A stretch of 64,000 nt of DNA. Origin: Chiloscyllium plagiosum. Taxonomy: Eukaryota. Location: contig NC_057730.1 in assembly GCF_004010195.1 (NCBI RefSeq), positions 15,798,227 to 15,862,226 on the forward strand, read 5' to 3'. Positions within the stretch are counted from its first letter, which is position 1, and each line of letters begins with the position of its first letter. Under the pieces are notes generated by a model. That model was not told where the DNA came from. It searched no databases and was given only the letters and a program-made list of their open reading frames with translations. The translations under genes and the position numbers were made by a program. Below are positions 1 through 12,142 of this stretch, piece after piece.

Positions 1-81
1 AGTGGGGGGTGGTGAGAGTGAGGGGGTAGGGGCGGGAGAGGGAGGGGGGTAGGGAAGAGGGCGGTAGGGGAGAGGGAGGGA

Positions 82-260
82 GGTGCCAGAGGAAGTGGTA
101 CAGGCAGGTACAGTTACAACATTTAAAAAGCATCTGGATGGGTATATGAATAGGAAGAGTTTAGAGGGATATGGTCCAAATGCTGACAAATGAGACTAGA
201 TATCTGGTTGGCATGGACGAGTTGGACTGAAGGGTCTGTATCTGTTCTCTATGTTGTATC
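82..260 (+). mobile_element. CR1 LINE 3' end
   Basis: TTTAAAAAGCATCTGGATGGGTATATGAATAGG..GAAGGGTCTG 3' UTR shared with many copies in the window. Confidence 0.8.
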
Positions 261-458
261 AGTGCCAGTTGTGAACAGTGCAGTTTAATCTATTTAATTA
301 AGAACGTTTTACAGTGTGATTCGTTACTTAGATTGTGGGATGGACAAACAATAATTAGTAACAAAATGGCACCTTAGATCTGTATTATTTCCAACATCCT
401 CATTTTGTATTGATAATCGTGGATTTGTTCTGCGGATTGTTTTCAAATTGTTTTGCAG

Positions 459-597
459 ATTGGGTGGAACGCCAGCGAGAAAAAAACAAGTTCTATTACT
501 ATCACCGTAATTTCAGACGAGTGCCAGATTTGACGGAGTGCACTTTGGGTGATTTCCTCTGTTACTATGAGGCAGAGATGCAGTGGAGAAGAGACTA
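459..597 (+). CDS. NDUFB10: NADH:ubiquinone oxidoreductase subunit B10, coding exon 2 (exon 1 lies upstream of the window)
   Basis: ttttgcag acceptor and gtatgt donor; 139 nt; encodes [45 protein letters not shown], recognisable NDUFB10/PDSW sequence; phase joins the next exon (TA|C = Tyr). Confidence 0.95.
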
Positions 598-875
598 GTA
601 TGTACCTGATTACAAATTTTAAATTTCTGTTGATGTAGATTCTATAATTGGTATTTTACTGGTTATGATTTTTCTGTGAGATAGAAATCGACGTGCAAAA
701 TTATTAAAGACAATCTCTGGTGAATGCAATTATGTTCACCTTTTGCACTCATTTCCTCAAAAGTTCCCTTCCAAGCACTATTCTGACTTGAAACTATGAT
801 ACCATTACTTCACAGTAGCTGAGGTCAAAATCCTTGAACTCCCTCCTTAGTAGCACTGAGTGTCCCTGTCTTCCA

Positions 876-1132
876 GGTGAGAGGAAGATATAAGAGGCAA
901 TTTTTTTACACAAAGGATGGTGCACGTATGGAATGAACTTTCTGAGAAAGTGGGGGGTGTGGCCACAATTACAACGTTTAAAAGACGTTTGGAGCAATAC
1001 ATGAAGAGGCAAGGTTTGGAAGGATATGGGCCAGGAGCAGGCAAATGGGACTACTTTAGTTTGGAATTAGGTTTGGCATGGACGAGTTGGACGGAAGGGT
1101 CTGTTTCTGTGCTGTATGATTCTGTGACTCCA
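876..1132 (+). mobile_element. CR1 LINE 3' end
   Basis: VHVWNELSEKV..TFKRRLEQYM followed by CR1 3' UTR. Confidence 0.85.
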
Positions 1133-1570
1133 TAAGACTGCTCACTCATCACCTTATTAGAATGCACGACAAATGCTGACCTATCTAGCGAGTCCCACAT
1201 CCTATTAAAGAGTAAAAACAAACAAAAAGACCTGCACTTTGATCCTCAATATGTTGGGTCAAGATTGTCTGTGTTCCACCTCAATTTTCAGATGCAGGCC
1301 TCCAAAATGTCTGCTTTTGACATTTTTGCTTGAAATCAGATTTTACTGTAGATTCTCTTGCACTCATTCAGCTACCACCTCTTGCTTTTCCATCTATCAT
1401 TTATTTCTTTATCATATTTCTTATTGGCTGTCTTCGTCCATTCCCCTTCTCTCATAAAATGATTCAGCACAGAAGGAGGCTGTTGAATACTTGTACCCTG
1501 TCTGTGTATTTGACTTCCAACCCCTATTTACTCTTGGCAGACCTGCAATTCAGATAGTGTTTGGATAGAA

Positions 1571-1738
1571 ACAAAAACAGAAATTGCTGGAAAAGCTCAG
1601 CAGGTCAGGCAGCGTCTTTGGAGAGAAACCAGAGTTAATGTTTCGGGTCCAGTGATCTTTCATCCAGTTCTGATGTTTTCCAGCAATTTCTGTTTTCGTT
1701 TCTGGTTTCCAGCATCTACAGTTCTTTCAGTGTTTAAT
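1571..1738 (+). mobile_element. Short fold-back element, family 3 (related to the terminal repeat of the 5.9-8.8 kb Penelope)
   Basis: Arms AACAGAAATTGCTGGAAAA / TTTTCCAGCAATTTCTGTT; degenerate hammerhead on the - strand (..GACCCGAAACATTAACTC); 16-bp TSD TAGTGTTTGG(A/G)TAGAA (1555-1570, 1739-1754). Confidence 0.75.
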
Positions 1739-1837
1739 TAGTGTTTGGGTAGAATCTGAATGGGGTAGAGCAGTAAAGGGATGTAGTGTAAGGAAAGGTA
1801 AGTGATGAAAAGCTTAATAAGAAAGAGGAGAGCACTC

Positions 1838-3640
1838 ATCGATCATGGAGCTGAACAGCACAGAAACAGACCGTCCCTGCTGACCAGATATCCTAAGTTA
1901 ATCTAGTCCCATTTGCCAGCATTTGGCCTATATCCCTCTAAACCCTTCCTATTCATAATCCCATCCGGATGCCTTTTAAATGTTGTAATTGTACCAGCCT
2001 CCACCAGTTCCTCTAGCAGCTCATTCCATACATGCACCTCTCTCTGTGAAAAAGTTGCCCCTTAAGTCCCTTTTAAACCTTTCTCCTCTCACCTTAAATC
2101 TATGCTGTCTAGTTTTGGACACTCATACCCTGAGGAAAACACCTTGGCTATTCACCCTAGCCTTGCCTGTCTAGATTTTGTAAACCTCTGTAAGGTCACC
2201 CCTCAGACCCTGACGCCTCAGGGAAAACAGCCCCCAGCCTACTCAACCTCTTCCTATAGCTCAAATTCTCCAACCCTGGCAACATCCTTTTAAATCTTTT
2301 CTGAATCCTTTCAAGATTCACAACATCCTTCCGACAGGAGGGAGCCCAGAATTACGCACACTATTCCAAAAGTAGCTTAACCAATGTCCTGTACATCAGC
2401 AACATGACCTCCTAACTCCTGTACTCAATACTCTGACCAATAAAGGCAAGCATACCAAATGTCGTCTTCACTATCCTATCTACCTGCAACCCTTTAAGTC
2501 TACCCCATTATCCATAATGTCATGTCTGATCTATCCCAGACATTAACTCCTATTCCATGCTAGTTCCTCATAACCCTCAACTCCTTGATCTTTCAAAAAC
2601 TATTGACTTGCTCTTTTAAATATTCTGTGATGTAGCCTCCAGAACCCTCTTAAGTGGAGAATTCAAGACATTTCACTGCCCTTGGGAGAAGGAATTCCTT
2701 CACATATCAGTTTTAAAAGAGTGACCCCTTATTCTGTAACTATGACTCCTGATTCAAGAGCTGTCCCCCCTCTTATCGCAATCATTGTGTCAACATCTCT
2801 CCTGTCGAGTCCCTCAGAATCATTTCTGTTTCATTAAGAGCAGCTCTTACTCTTCAAAACTCTCCTGAATAAAGCCACAAACAAAAACAGAAATTGCTGG
2901 AGAAACTCAGCAGGTCTGGCAACATCTGTGGAAAGAAAGCGGAGTTTACATTTCAAGTCCGGTGACTGTTCTTCACGACGTGCTATCCCATCTATTTTTC
3001 TTTCATCAGCACATTTAGATGCATTCTGCCCCTGCGTTACTGATATGGATAGTAAATAATTGAGACTTTAGGACTGATCCTTGTGCCACTCTATTAGCTA
3101 TATCATTTCAACCTGATAAAGACCCAGTGCATCTGTCTTCTGCGAGTAAACTAACTCTCAATCCATGTTAATGCGTTACCCCCACCCCTCAGTACCGTGA
3201 GCCCTTATCTTGTGCAACAACCTTTTGTATTGCACTTTATTGAGTGCCTTCTGGAAATCCAAATGCATTCTGTTTCCTGGTTCCCCTTCATAAACTCCAC
3301 ATATGTCCTCAAAGAACTCTAGAAAACTTTTCAAACAAAATTTCCCTATCACAAAGCCGTGTTAACTCTAATTGCATTAAACTTTCCTAACCATCTAGCT
3401 CTTTCTTCCTTAATGATGGAGTCGAGCATTTTTCCAGCAACAGACTTTGAGTCTAATTGGCCTATATTTACTGCATTCTATCTGTCTTCCTTCTTGAACA
3501 GAAATGACGCATTAGGCATTTTCCATTGGACTTGAACCCTCCTGTGATCCAGTGAGTCCTGGAATATTTTGGCCAATGTTTCCAGTTTCTCTGCAGCCAG
3601 TTCCTTTGGATGTGGGCCATCAGGTCCTGGTGGTCAGCAT
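1838..3640 (-). mobile_element. CR1 3' fragment (1838-2490) followed by older degraded CR1 sequence
   Basis: Reverse complement of the RT C-terminus and 3' UTR seen at 50.1-50.8 kb; degenerate RT remnants further on. Confidence 0.75.
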
Positions 3641-4353
3641 CACGCTGGTTTTCTTTCCAGTTGCACAAACCTGTGAGGTTCAGGTGCTGCAGTGACTCCT
3701 CAGTTGGAAGTCAATGCCATGATCAGGATTGATACACCCATTGCAGAACGTCGAACTGGCTGCATGCATGCACAGCCCTACAGCTTAGAGGGAACAATGC
3801 TGATGTCTATCATTAATCCCGTTATTTGTCAAATACATTGTCTTTGATAGAGACTGTTCTATCAACAAGATCTTTCCTCACATTAGCACCTTTCTTATCA
3901 GTTATCTTTATAATATTTATATGCTCTTTGCCATGAAGACCAATGTAAAATGTTGTTCTAAATAATCCACCATTTCCCTATTCTGTTTTTGATTCCCTGC
4001 TTTCAACGTCCCCCGGTCCCATGCTTGCTTCAGCTTTTATTTATCCATTGTGATATCGTGGTTGCAGCATTTATTACCCATCCCTAATTGCCTTTGGAAA
4101 GGTGGTGGTGAACTGCCTTCTTGAATTGCTGCATTTCACGTACTGCAGGTTGGCCCTCCGTGTCCTTGAAGGGGAAATTTCAAGGATTTTGACCCAGCAA
4201 AGGAACAGTGATACATTTGTACAAAAGGGTGGTGAGCAGCTTGGAGGGGATTGTGCAGGTTGTGGCATTCCAGTGTAACTACTGTCCTTGACTTTCTAAA
4301 TGGTGGAGGTTGTGTGTTTGGAAGGTGTTATCCAAGAAACCTTGAAGAATTTC

Positions 4354-4563
4354 ATTAAAAATCACACATCACCAGTTATAATCCAACACATTTATTTGGA
4401 AGCACTAGCTTTTGGAGCACTGCTCCTTCATCAGATTTATAACCACCTGACGAAGGAACAGCATTCCGAAAGCTAGTGCTTCCAAATAAATGTGTTGGAC
4501 TATAACCTGGTGTTGTGATTTTTAAACTTTGTACAGCCCAGTCCAACACCTGCACCTTCAAAT
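4354..4563 (+). mobile_element. Short palindromic hammerhead-bearing non-autonomous element, family 1
   Basis: Inverted arms about 4355-4434 and 4447-4524; CAC CTGACGA..GAAAG CTA GTG; 13-bp TSD CTTGAAGAATTTC (4341-4353, 4564-4576). Confidence 0.85.
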
Positions 4564-4919
4564 CTTGAAGAATTTCTGCAGTGCATCTCGTAGGTAGTGC
4601 CATACTGCTGCCACTAAATATCAGTGGTTAAGGTGGCAAAATACATCAAGATAAGATTAGAACTGAGACAATATGCATTTCTGGAATGGCTGAACAGGCC
4701 GAGACTTTTTTCTTTCTGTCGACAAGAGAATGCAGTGGAATGACCTGATTGAAGTTCTGTCAGTTTTCTGAAGGTTGTAATAGATTTCACTCATCTGACA
4801 GAAGCTTATTTTTCAGTATTTGCCAAGACTGGAATCTCTGAATCAGCAGATCTTTTGCTGTCAAACAGTAGTACTTCCATTTTATTGGTTTGAGTAAACT
4901 TGCACTTTCTGTTTTGCAG

Positions 4920-5059
4920 CAAGGTTGATCAGGAAATTATAAAAATTCTTCAGGAGCGTCTGAGGGCCTGTCAGCAGAGGGAAGGGCACAGCTATGTACA
5001 GAATTGTGCTAAGGAGCTCGAACAATTCAAGCAGGGAGCAAAAGGCTACCAATCAAGAT
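4920..5059 (+). CDS. NDUFB10: NDUFB10 coding exon 3
   Basis: ttttgcag acceptor, gtaagt donor; 140 nt; [46 protein letters not shown]. Confidence 0.95.
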
Positions 5060-5164
5060 GTAAGTCATATTTGAAGACTAATAATTTGTGTAATGTTATG
5101 ATCAGTTTAGTGTGTAGTAAAGAAAATTGAACTGCATCTTATCTAACAACTCCTTTTAAGCATT

Positions 5165-5440
5165 TGTTAAGCACTCTTGCATCAGAATCTGAATGTTCTG
5201 GCTTCCAGCTCAAATTGTGCACAATAATCACGTCTGACACATCAGTGCAATATTGAGGGAGTGTTGCACATTCAGAAATTCTATCTTCAAGGTAAGTTAT
5301 AAAATTGAGCCCCGTCTTCCTCCTCCATCCAAATAAATGCATCATTTACTGCTCAAATTACATCACAAAAACATTATCCGAGTACTGCATGTGGAACCTG
5401 TTGTGCAAGCTAGCTGCTATGTATCCTTTGTGAGGTAGAT
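5165..5440 (+). mobile_element. Old SINE, probably SacSINE1/Deu-domain type, in NDUFB10 intron 3
   Basis: AGCACTCTTGCATCAGAATC head and CTGACAC..CAGTGCAATATTGAGGGAGTGTTGCAC core resemble the recalled consensus; highly diverged. Confidence 0.5.
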
Positions 5441-5577
5441 AAATGTTGTATTTCTTAATAAGGACATCTTTCGATGAACAAAAACATGGGATGCGGTTGT
5501 GTTTGCATAAAATCACATTGAGGTGGATGAACCTTGCTGTTGATTTGCAGTCTAATTTACTACTTTTCTTTTTGCAG

Positions 5578-5675
5578 ATGGTGACTTGGGAGCTTATGCT
5601 AGTGGCAGAAAGTGTCTAATGAAACAGAAACATCGAATGATTGAGGAGAGGGAGCAGGCAGCATCTGAAGCATGA
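5578..5675 (+). CDS. NDUFB10: NDUFB10 last coding exon
   Basis: Polypyrimidine tract plus tttgcag acceptor; (Y)GDLGAYASGRKCLMKQKHRMIEEREQAASEA then TGA at 5673-5675. Confidence 0.93.
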
Positions 5676-6001
5676 ACAGGTCCCACCAGAAAGTGATGTT
5701 CTTTCAAAATTACTTTTATGACAAACTGTCATCTATAATGTATAGTCTGAATGTGTTCAAATTGTTAAATGCTATATTTCACATGAATGTGACTCCAGCA
5801 TACGGAACCTTATAAAATAACATGCCATAACTTATAATCTGTTTTGTCCTTTCTTGTGCTTGCTGGATAAAACAAGATTCTTACAACATTGTTAATTAAA
5901 AACCTTTGAGAGAAAGTGAGGGCTGCAGAGGCTGGAGATCAGAGCTGAAAATGTGTTGCTGGAAAAGCGCAGTAGGTCAGGCAGCATCCAAGGAACAGGA
6001 G

Positions 6002-6037
6002 AATCGACGTTTCGGGCATAAGCCCTTCTTCAGGAAT
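6002..6037 (-). ncRNA. Minimal type I hammerhead ribozyme motif in the Penelope terminal repeat
   Basis: ATTC CTGAAGA A GGGC-TTAT-GCCC GAAAC GTC GATT: intact core, GUC triplet, palindromic ACGT stem III. Confidence 0.8.
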
Positions 6038-8733
6038 GAGGAAAGTGTGTCCAGCAGGCTAAGATAAAAGGTAGGGAGGAGGGACTTGGGGGAGGTGCTT
6101 TGGAAATGCAATAGGTGGAGGGAGGTCAAGGTGAGGGTGATAGGCCGGAGTGGGGTGGGGGCGGAGAGGTCAGGAAGATGATTGCAGGTTAGGAAGGCGG
6201 TGCTGAGTTCGAGGGATTTGACTGAGACAAGGTGGGGGTAGGGGAAATGAGGAAACTGGAGAAATCTGAGTCATCCCTTGTGGTTGGAGGGTTCTCAGGC
6301 AGAAGATGAGGCGCTCTTCCTCCAACCGTCGTGTTGCCATGGTCTGGCGATGGAGGAGTCCAAGGGCCTGCATGTCCTTGGTGGAGGGGGAGTTAAAGTG
6401 TTGGGCTTACGGGTGGTTGGGTTGGTTGGTCCGGGTGTCCCAGAGGTGTTCTCTGAAACGTTCCGCAAGTAGTCGGCCTGTCTCCCCAATATAGAGAGGT
6501 CACATCGGGTGCAGCGGATGGAATAGATGATGTGTGTGGAGGTGCAGGTGAATTTGTGGCGGATATGGAAGTGTCCCTTGGGGCCTTGGAGGGAAGTAAG
6601 GGGGGAGGTGTGGGCGCAAGTTTTGCATTTCTTGCGGTTGCAGGGGAAGGTGCCGGGAGTGGAGGTTGGGTTAATGGGGGGTGTGGACCTGACGAGGGAG
6701 TCACGGAGGGAGTGGTCTTTTCGGAACGCTGATAGGGGAGGGAGGGAAATATATCACTGGTGGTGGGGTCCGTTTGGAGGTGGCGGAAATGGTGGCAGAT
6801 GATACGTTGTACATGGAGGTTGGTGGGGTGGTAGGTGAGGACCAGTAGGGTTCTGTCTTGGTGGCAGTTGGAGGGGCGGGGCTCAAGGGCGGAGGAGCGG
6901 GAAGTGAAAGAGATGCGGTGGAGGGCATCGTCGACTACATCTGGCAGGAAATTGCGGTCCTTGAAGAAGGCCATCTGGGTTGTACGGTTTTGGAACTGGT
7001 CCTCCTGGGAGCAGATGTGGCGGAGACAAAGGAATTGGGAATATGGGATGGCGTTTTTACAGGGGGCAGGGTGGGAGGAAGTGTAGTCTAGGTAGCTGTG
7101 GGAGTCGGTCGGTTTATAGTAGATGTCCATGTTGATTCGGTCACCCGAGATAGAAATGGAAATGTCTAGGAAAGGGAGGGAGGAGTCTGAGACGGTCCAG
7201 GTGAATTTGAGGTCAGGGTGGATGGTGTTGGTAAATTGGATGAACTGTTCAACCTCCTCATGGGAGCACGAGGCAGCGCCGATACAGTCATCGATGTAGC
7301 GGTGGAAAAGGTGGGGGGTGGTGTCAGTGTAGCTGCGGAAGATGGACTGTTCCACATATCCTACGAAGAGGCAGGCATAGCTGGGGCCCATGCTAGTGCC
7401 CATGGCTACTCCTTTGGTTTGGAGGAAGTGGGAGGATTGGAAAGAGAAGTTGTTCAGGGAGAGGACCAGTTCAGTCAATCGAAGGAGAGTGTCAGTAGAA
7501 GGGTACTGGTTGGTACGGCAGGAAAGGAAGAAGTGGAGGGCTTTAAGTCCTTGGTGATGGGGGATGGAGGTGTACAGGGATTGGATGTCCATGGTGAAGA
7601 TAAGGCGTTGGGGACCGGGGAAGCGAAAATCATGGAGGAGGTGGAGGGCATGGGTGGTGCCCCGAACGTAGGTGGGGAGTTCTTGGACTAAGGGGGACAG
7701 GACCGTGTCGNNNNNNNNNNNNNNNNNNNNNNNNNNTGGATGGTCTGGGAGATGATGGTTTGGTGGTGGGAGGTGGGGTCATGGTCAAGGTGGCAGTAGG
7801 AGGTGGTGTCCGCGAGCTGGCGTTTAGCCTCAGCGGTGTAAAGGTCGGTGCGCCAAACTACAAGGGAGGCACGGTAGTAGTTTGGCGCCCCTCCAACCGC
7901 CACCAGGACAGAACCCCACTGGTCCTCACCTACCACCCCACCAACCTCCATGTACAACGTATCATCCACCATCATTTCCACCATCTCCAAACTGACCCCA
8001 CCACCAGTGATATATTTCCTTCCCCTCCCCTATCAGCATTCCCAAAAGACCACTCCCTCCGTAACTCCCTCGTCAGGAGATCACTCCCTCCGTGACTCCC
8101 TTGTCAGATCCACACCCCCCATCAATCCAACCTCCACTCCCGGCACCTTCCCCTGCAACCGTAAGAAATGCAAAACGTGCGCCCACACCTCCCCCCTTAC
8201 TTCCCTCCAAGGGACATTTCCATATCCGCCTCAAATTCACCTGCACTTCCACACATCATCTATTCCATCCACTGCACCCGATGTGGCCTCCTCTATATTG
8301 GGGAGACAGGCCGCCTACTTGCGGAACGTTTCAGAGAACACCTCTGGGACACCTGGACCAACCACCCCGTAGCCCAACACTTTAACTCCCCCTACCACTC
8401 CACCAAGGACATGCATGTACTTGGACTCCTCCATCGCCAGACCATGGCAACACAACGGTTGGAGGAAGACCGCCTCATCTTCTGCCTGGGAACCCTCCAA
8501 CCACAAAGGATGAACTCAGACTTCTCCAGTTTCCTCACTTCCCCTCCCCCCACCTTGTCTCAGTCAAATCCCTCGAACTCAGCACCGCCTTCCTAACTGC
8601 AATCATCTTCCTGACCTCTCTGCCCCCACCCCACTCCGGCCTATCACCCTTACCTTGACCTCTCCCCACCTATCGCATTTCCAAAGCCCCTCCCCCCTAC
8701 CTTTTATCTTAGCCTGCTGGACACAATTTCCTT

Positions 8734-8769
8734 ATTCCTGAAGAAGGGCTTATGGCCGAAACGTCGATT
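8734..8769 (+). ncRNA. Minimal type I hammerhead ribozyme motif in the inverted Penelope terminal repeat
   Basis: ATTC CTGAAGA AGGGCTTATGGCC GAAAC GTC GATT; core intact, one stem II substitution. Confidence 0.75.
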
Positions 8770-9791
8770 CTCCTGTTCCTTGGATGCTGCCTGACCTGCT
8801 GCGCTTTTCCAGCAACACATTTTCAGCTAATTAAAAACCTTGCTGACTTGGTCTGAAGATGTGGTCAACTGGTCTCTGAAATGGCTCAGCAAGCCATTTC
8901 AAAAGCAATGAGGGTCGGAATCAAAAGTAGTCCTTTTCAGTAAGAATGAAGAAAACACCAAGGGGAAACAAGATACCACACCACATCAAATGCTGGAGTT
9001 CATGACAATAATACTTGTCATATTCAACAAAAAACATCAGTCTGTCATAGTTGGGTAAGCTTTTCTGTAGAGCTATCCAATTAGTTCCACACTCTTGTCC
9101 TTCAGATTGTACTTTACAGAATTGAACTGTTGCCTCCACCTTTTCACACAGTGCAAAACTAGTGTTGCTGCCAGTTCTTTTGCTAATTGCCTTAAATCTA
9201 CAGTCAGAATCCCAAGTGTAGTTAGGTGACATTTGGCCCCTCAAGTCTGCACTGACCGACCGAACAGTACCTCTGCTGCCCCCATCCTCATAACACTGCA
9301 TTTACCTTGACTACTCCAGCTGGCCTGCACATTACATGGAAATTCAACATAGCTTGGCCAGTGCAATGCATTCTGCCTTCAAAGCTGTATTCAAGTGCCA
9401 AGTGAGAGATATCTGAATGGGTACATGAAGAGGAAAGGTTGGGAGGGATATGGGCCAGAAGCAGGCAGGTGGGACAAGTTTGTTTTGGGATTATGTTCAG
9501 CATGGACCGGTTGGACCAAAGGGTCCATTTCCATGCGCTATGATTCTATAATAGTTCTCTTAATACTAACTCAAGGGCAACACTACCGAGCAACCAGTTT
9601 AGAAAAGCAACAAAAATACAAGTGGCTGAAAAAACTCAGCACGTCTGGCAGCATCTGTGCAGAGAAATCAGAGTTAACATTCCAGGTCTAGTGATCCTTC
9701 CTCTGAGAAAGGGTCACTGGATCCAAATATAGCCCCTCACCAGCATCCCATCCCAACCCAAAACAATAAACACAAGATTATGCAACAGATT

Positions 9792-9797
9792 TTTATT
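9792..9797 (-). terminator. RPS2 polyadenylation signal AATAAA
   Basis: tttatt on the + strand, 20 nt past the RPS2 stop codon. Confidence 0.85.
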
Positions 9798-9817
9798 TCA
9801 TTCTTTGCATAAATGCT

Positions 9818-9898
9818 TTATGTTGCTGGAGCAACAGCTGACTGGGACCTTTGAACAGACACACGGGTGTGGGTTTTGGCCAGATGATCAGTGAATTC
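9818..9898 (-). CDS. RPS2: 40S ribosomal protein S2 (uS5), exon 8 (last coding exon)
   Basis: tttttag acceptor; EFTDHLAKTHTRVSVQRSQSAVAPAT then TAA; AATAAA about 20 nt downstream. Confidence 0.95.
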   Translation of the reverse strand, partial: EFTDHLAKTHTRVSVQRSQSAVAPAT

Positions 9899-11759
9899 CT
9901 AAAAGGAAGTAAGGAAAAAGAACTTTAGAACAAGTTTTGAAATATAAAATGCATACTTTAAACATTGGGTAACAGGCCAGTAGCATATTAAATAATCTAG
10001 GTTAGAGATTCTCAACCTGGAAATCTAACCCCCTTACAACATCAACCAAAATAAACAATCAGAAAAAGTGAACTAATTGAACAAGCTCCAAGTACAAGCT
10101 TCTGAAGTAGAATAGTGTCTAGACTCTTCAGCACACCTGGAAGCTAGCCAAAGTGAATGGGCAGAAGCATGACATTCAGTGGCTTTGGACTTTCATTCAG
10201 GAGCTGCTGGAGCAATAGACTGGCCACAGCACACCCAGTCTTACCGAGAAGTCTTTATTCAGATCTCAAAAAAATGGGAAGGAGGTTCTAAAATAATGGA
10301 AAATCAAGCAAACTTTAAATTCTATTGTCAAGGTTTTTTAAGTTGGAGAAACAAAAAGACTTTTTCCTGAAGGTGAATATATTTCAGGTCAGTTCAGCTC
10401 ACTGAAACATTAGTCAACAAATGATCAATATTTCTATCAAACTGCATGCCGGTGTGGCCACACAGCAGTCAAGAAGTGGTGGCACAATGACAAAAATGGC
10501 CATTCACAGAAATGAAATTTGCAGAGAAGATTGCAGACGATACATTCTGAGACATTCACAACAGGTTTAAGTAGATTGTTTTGTTTGTGTGAAACAAATC
10601 TTTCTCCCAATCAGCACACAGTATCATGAATGCATCAACAACCTCATTTCCCTCACATCATCACAAATTTTGACAAAATCACTGTACAGATAACCAAAGG
10701 GTTATTTGTAGTTTTTTTGGACGTGGGGGCAGTTAACACAAGCAAGATGGGAAACACTATTCTAGAGCTCAGAACATAAGCCACTTATTTTCACCAGCAG
10801 TGATGCAATGAAAATCTACAGGAATGCAGAGATCTCAGACAGTTTATGGGACTAGAGGTGGTTACATATACAGAAATGGTCTAAGCAACCACTGGAGTGT
10901 TTTCAAAACCAGTTCCAGTAACAAGATTCACACTAGAAAAATAATGGTGCCTGGAATCCGATGAAAGTCTCCATAAAAAGCAAAGGCATCAGAGGGTTCC
11001 AATGAAATTAAGCTAAGTAGTTACTCAGTAAAAGTTAGACAATTAATACAGTTAACAACGCCCTCCCCCAAACAGTTAACCAACTTTTAAATCCCAGACC
11101 CCTCACAACACCTTCATGAGGACACCATTTGGACGGCCCAGAAAATTAAATATGAGCTTTAAAATCACCACTAAACAGCTTTCCAGACTGAGCTCGATTT
11201 GCATCATATGTTTAACCCAAGCTTGCACCCTACCCATCCAGTATCCTGTCACCATATTCCCTCGTATCCATCTGGGACCCTAACCTCCCAGCATTTTTAA
11301 GATCACAATTACCTTAAGTACTCACTCTCAATAGAAGCTGTCAAAATGGCTCTCTGTTGTGAAAAGGGGGCCGTGGTTTTCCTCTCTCTGACAGTTTTGT
11401 GCCAGAATAGAATGTCAAGAGTGGAAGTACGGCTCTTTTGTTAGGGAACCCTTTTCAGAATCTCCCTCTTTTTGTAAAGGAAGGGCCAGAGTAGCAACTT
11501 TTAAGATTGCCATTAACTGGAAAATCTGGCCCAGTACAGTTGAGTGGCTAACTAACTTCAAAATTATGTTACCAGAGGTGGGTAGAGATTTTTCCCTATA
11601 ACAGGACTGAAAACATTGTGCCTCAGAAGCCAAAAAGGTTGAGAGCTCCAGACACAGATGATATGGTGTAACAGTTGAGATAACATAAAAGCAAAAAATT
11701 GTGCCAAATTTCTAAATCATATCATAGTTCCAAGAAAACACAATTAATTTCAGCTTTCA

Positions 11760-11900
<141 letters not shown>

Positions 11901-11925
11901 TTAGTTTACAAAATGAAATTGCCAA

Positions 11926-12058
11926 ACCTGTTGAGCTTCAAATGGAACAGGTAAACTACGCAGAAGGTCTACCTGCCGTGCAGTGCTCCATTTTTCTCTC
12001 TCTCTCTTAATTTGCCAAATACACCACCATCAGGTTAATTGAGCAGAGCTGAGAGAAT
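11926..12058 (-). ncRNA. SNORA10: H/ACA snoRNA of the SNORA10/SNORA64 family (SNORA10/ACA10 orthologue) in RPS2 intron 6
   Basis: Minus strand TTCTCTCAGCTCTG...AGAGAA (H box)...TGCACGGCAGG...CCTGTTCC...ACAggt; about 133 nt; ends 70 nt upstream of the 3' splice site; 3' pocket TGCACG/TCC is complementary to 18S rRNA GGA-U-G-CGUGCA; same host gene as in human. Confidence 0.85.
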
Positions 12059-12142
12059 TCAACAGTATTTTGGAAAATTTATAAAACCAAAGCACCAAGT
12101 GAAAACCTTTGTCTGTCCACTGGAGGTAGAAACCTAACTTAC

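Larger units (their letters stand above)
5907..8827 (-). mobile_element. Penelope-like retroelement (RT + GIY-YIG), 5'-truncated, with an inverted duplication of its 3' part of about 0.9 kb
   Basis: ORF 6393-7592 has RT motifs DIQSLYTSI, GVAMGTSMGP, RYIDD; the inverted copy shows GIY-YIG HIIYSIHCTRCGLLYIGETGRLLAERFREH; 14-bp TSD TAATTAAAAACCTT at 5893-5906 and 8828-8841; frameshifts present. Confidence 0.93.

Noticed and set aside
10110-10270. Two hairpins followed by ACA on the - strand in RPS2 intron 7
   Set aside because: No ANANNA H box between the hairpins and the geometry does not fit an H/ACA RNA
10611-10664. C box GTGATGA and D box CTGA on the - strand in RPS2 intron 7
   Set aside because: Only 54 nt, no terminal stem, no recognisable rRNA antisense element, and far from the 3' splice site
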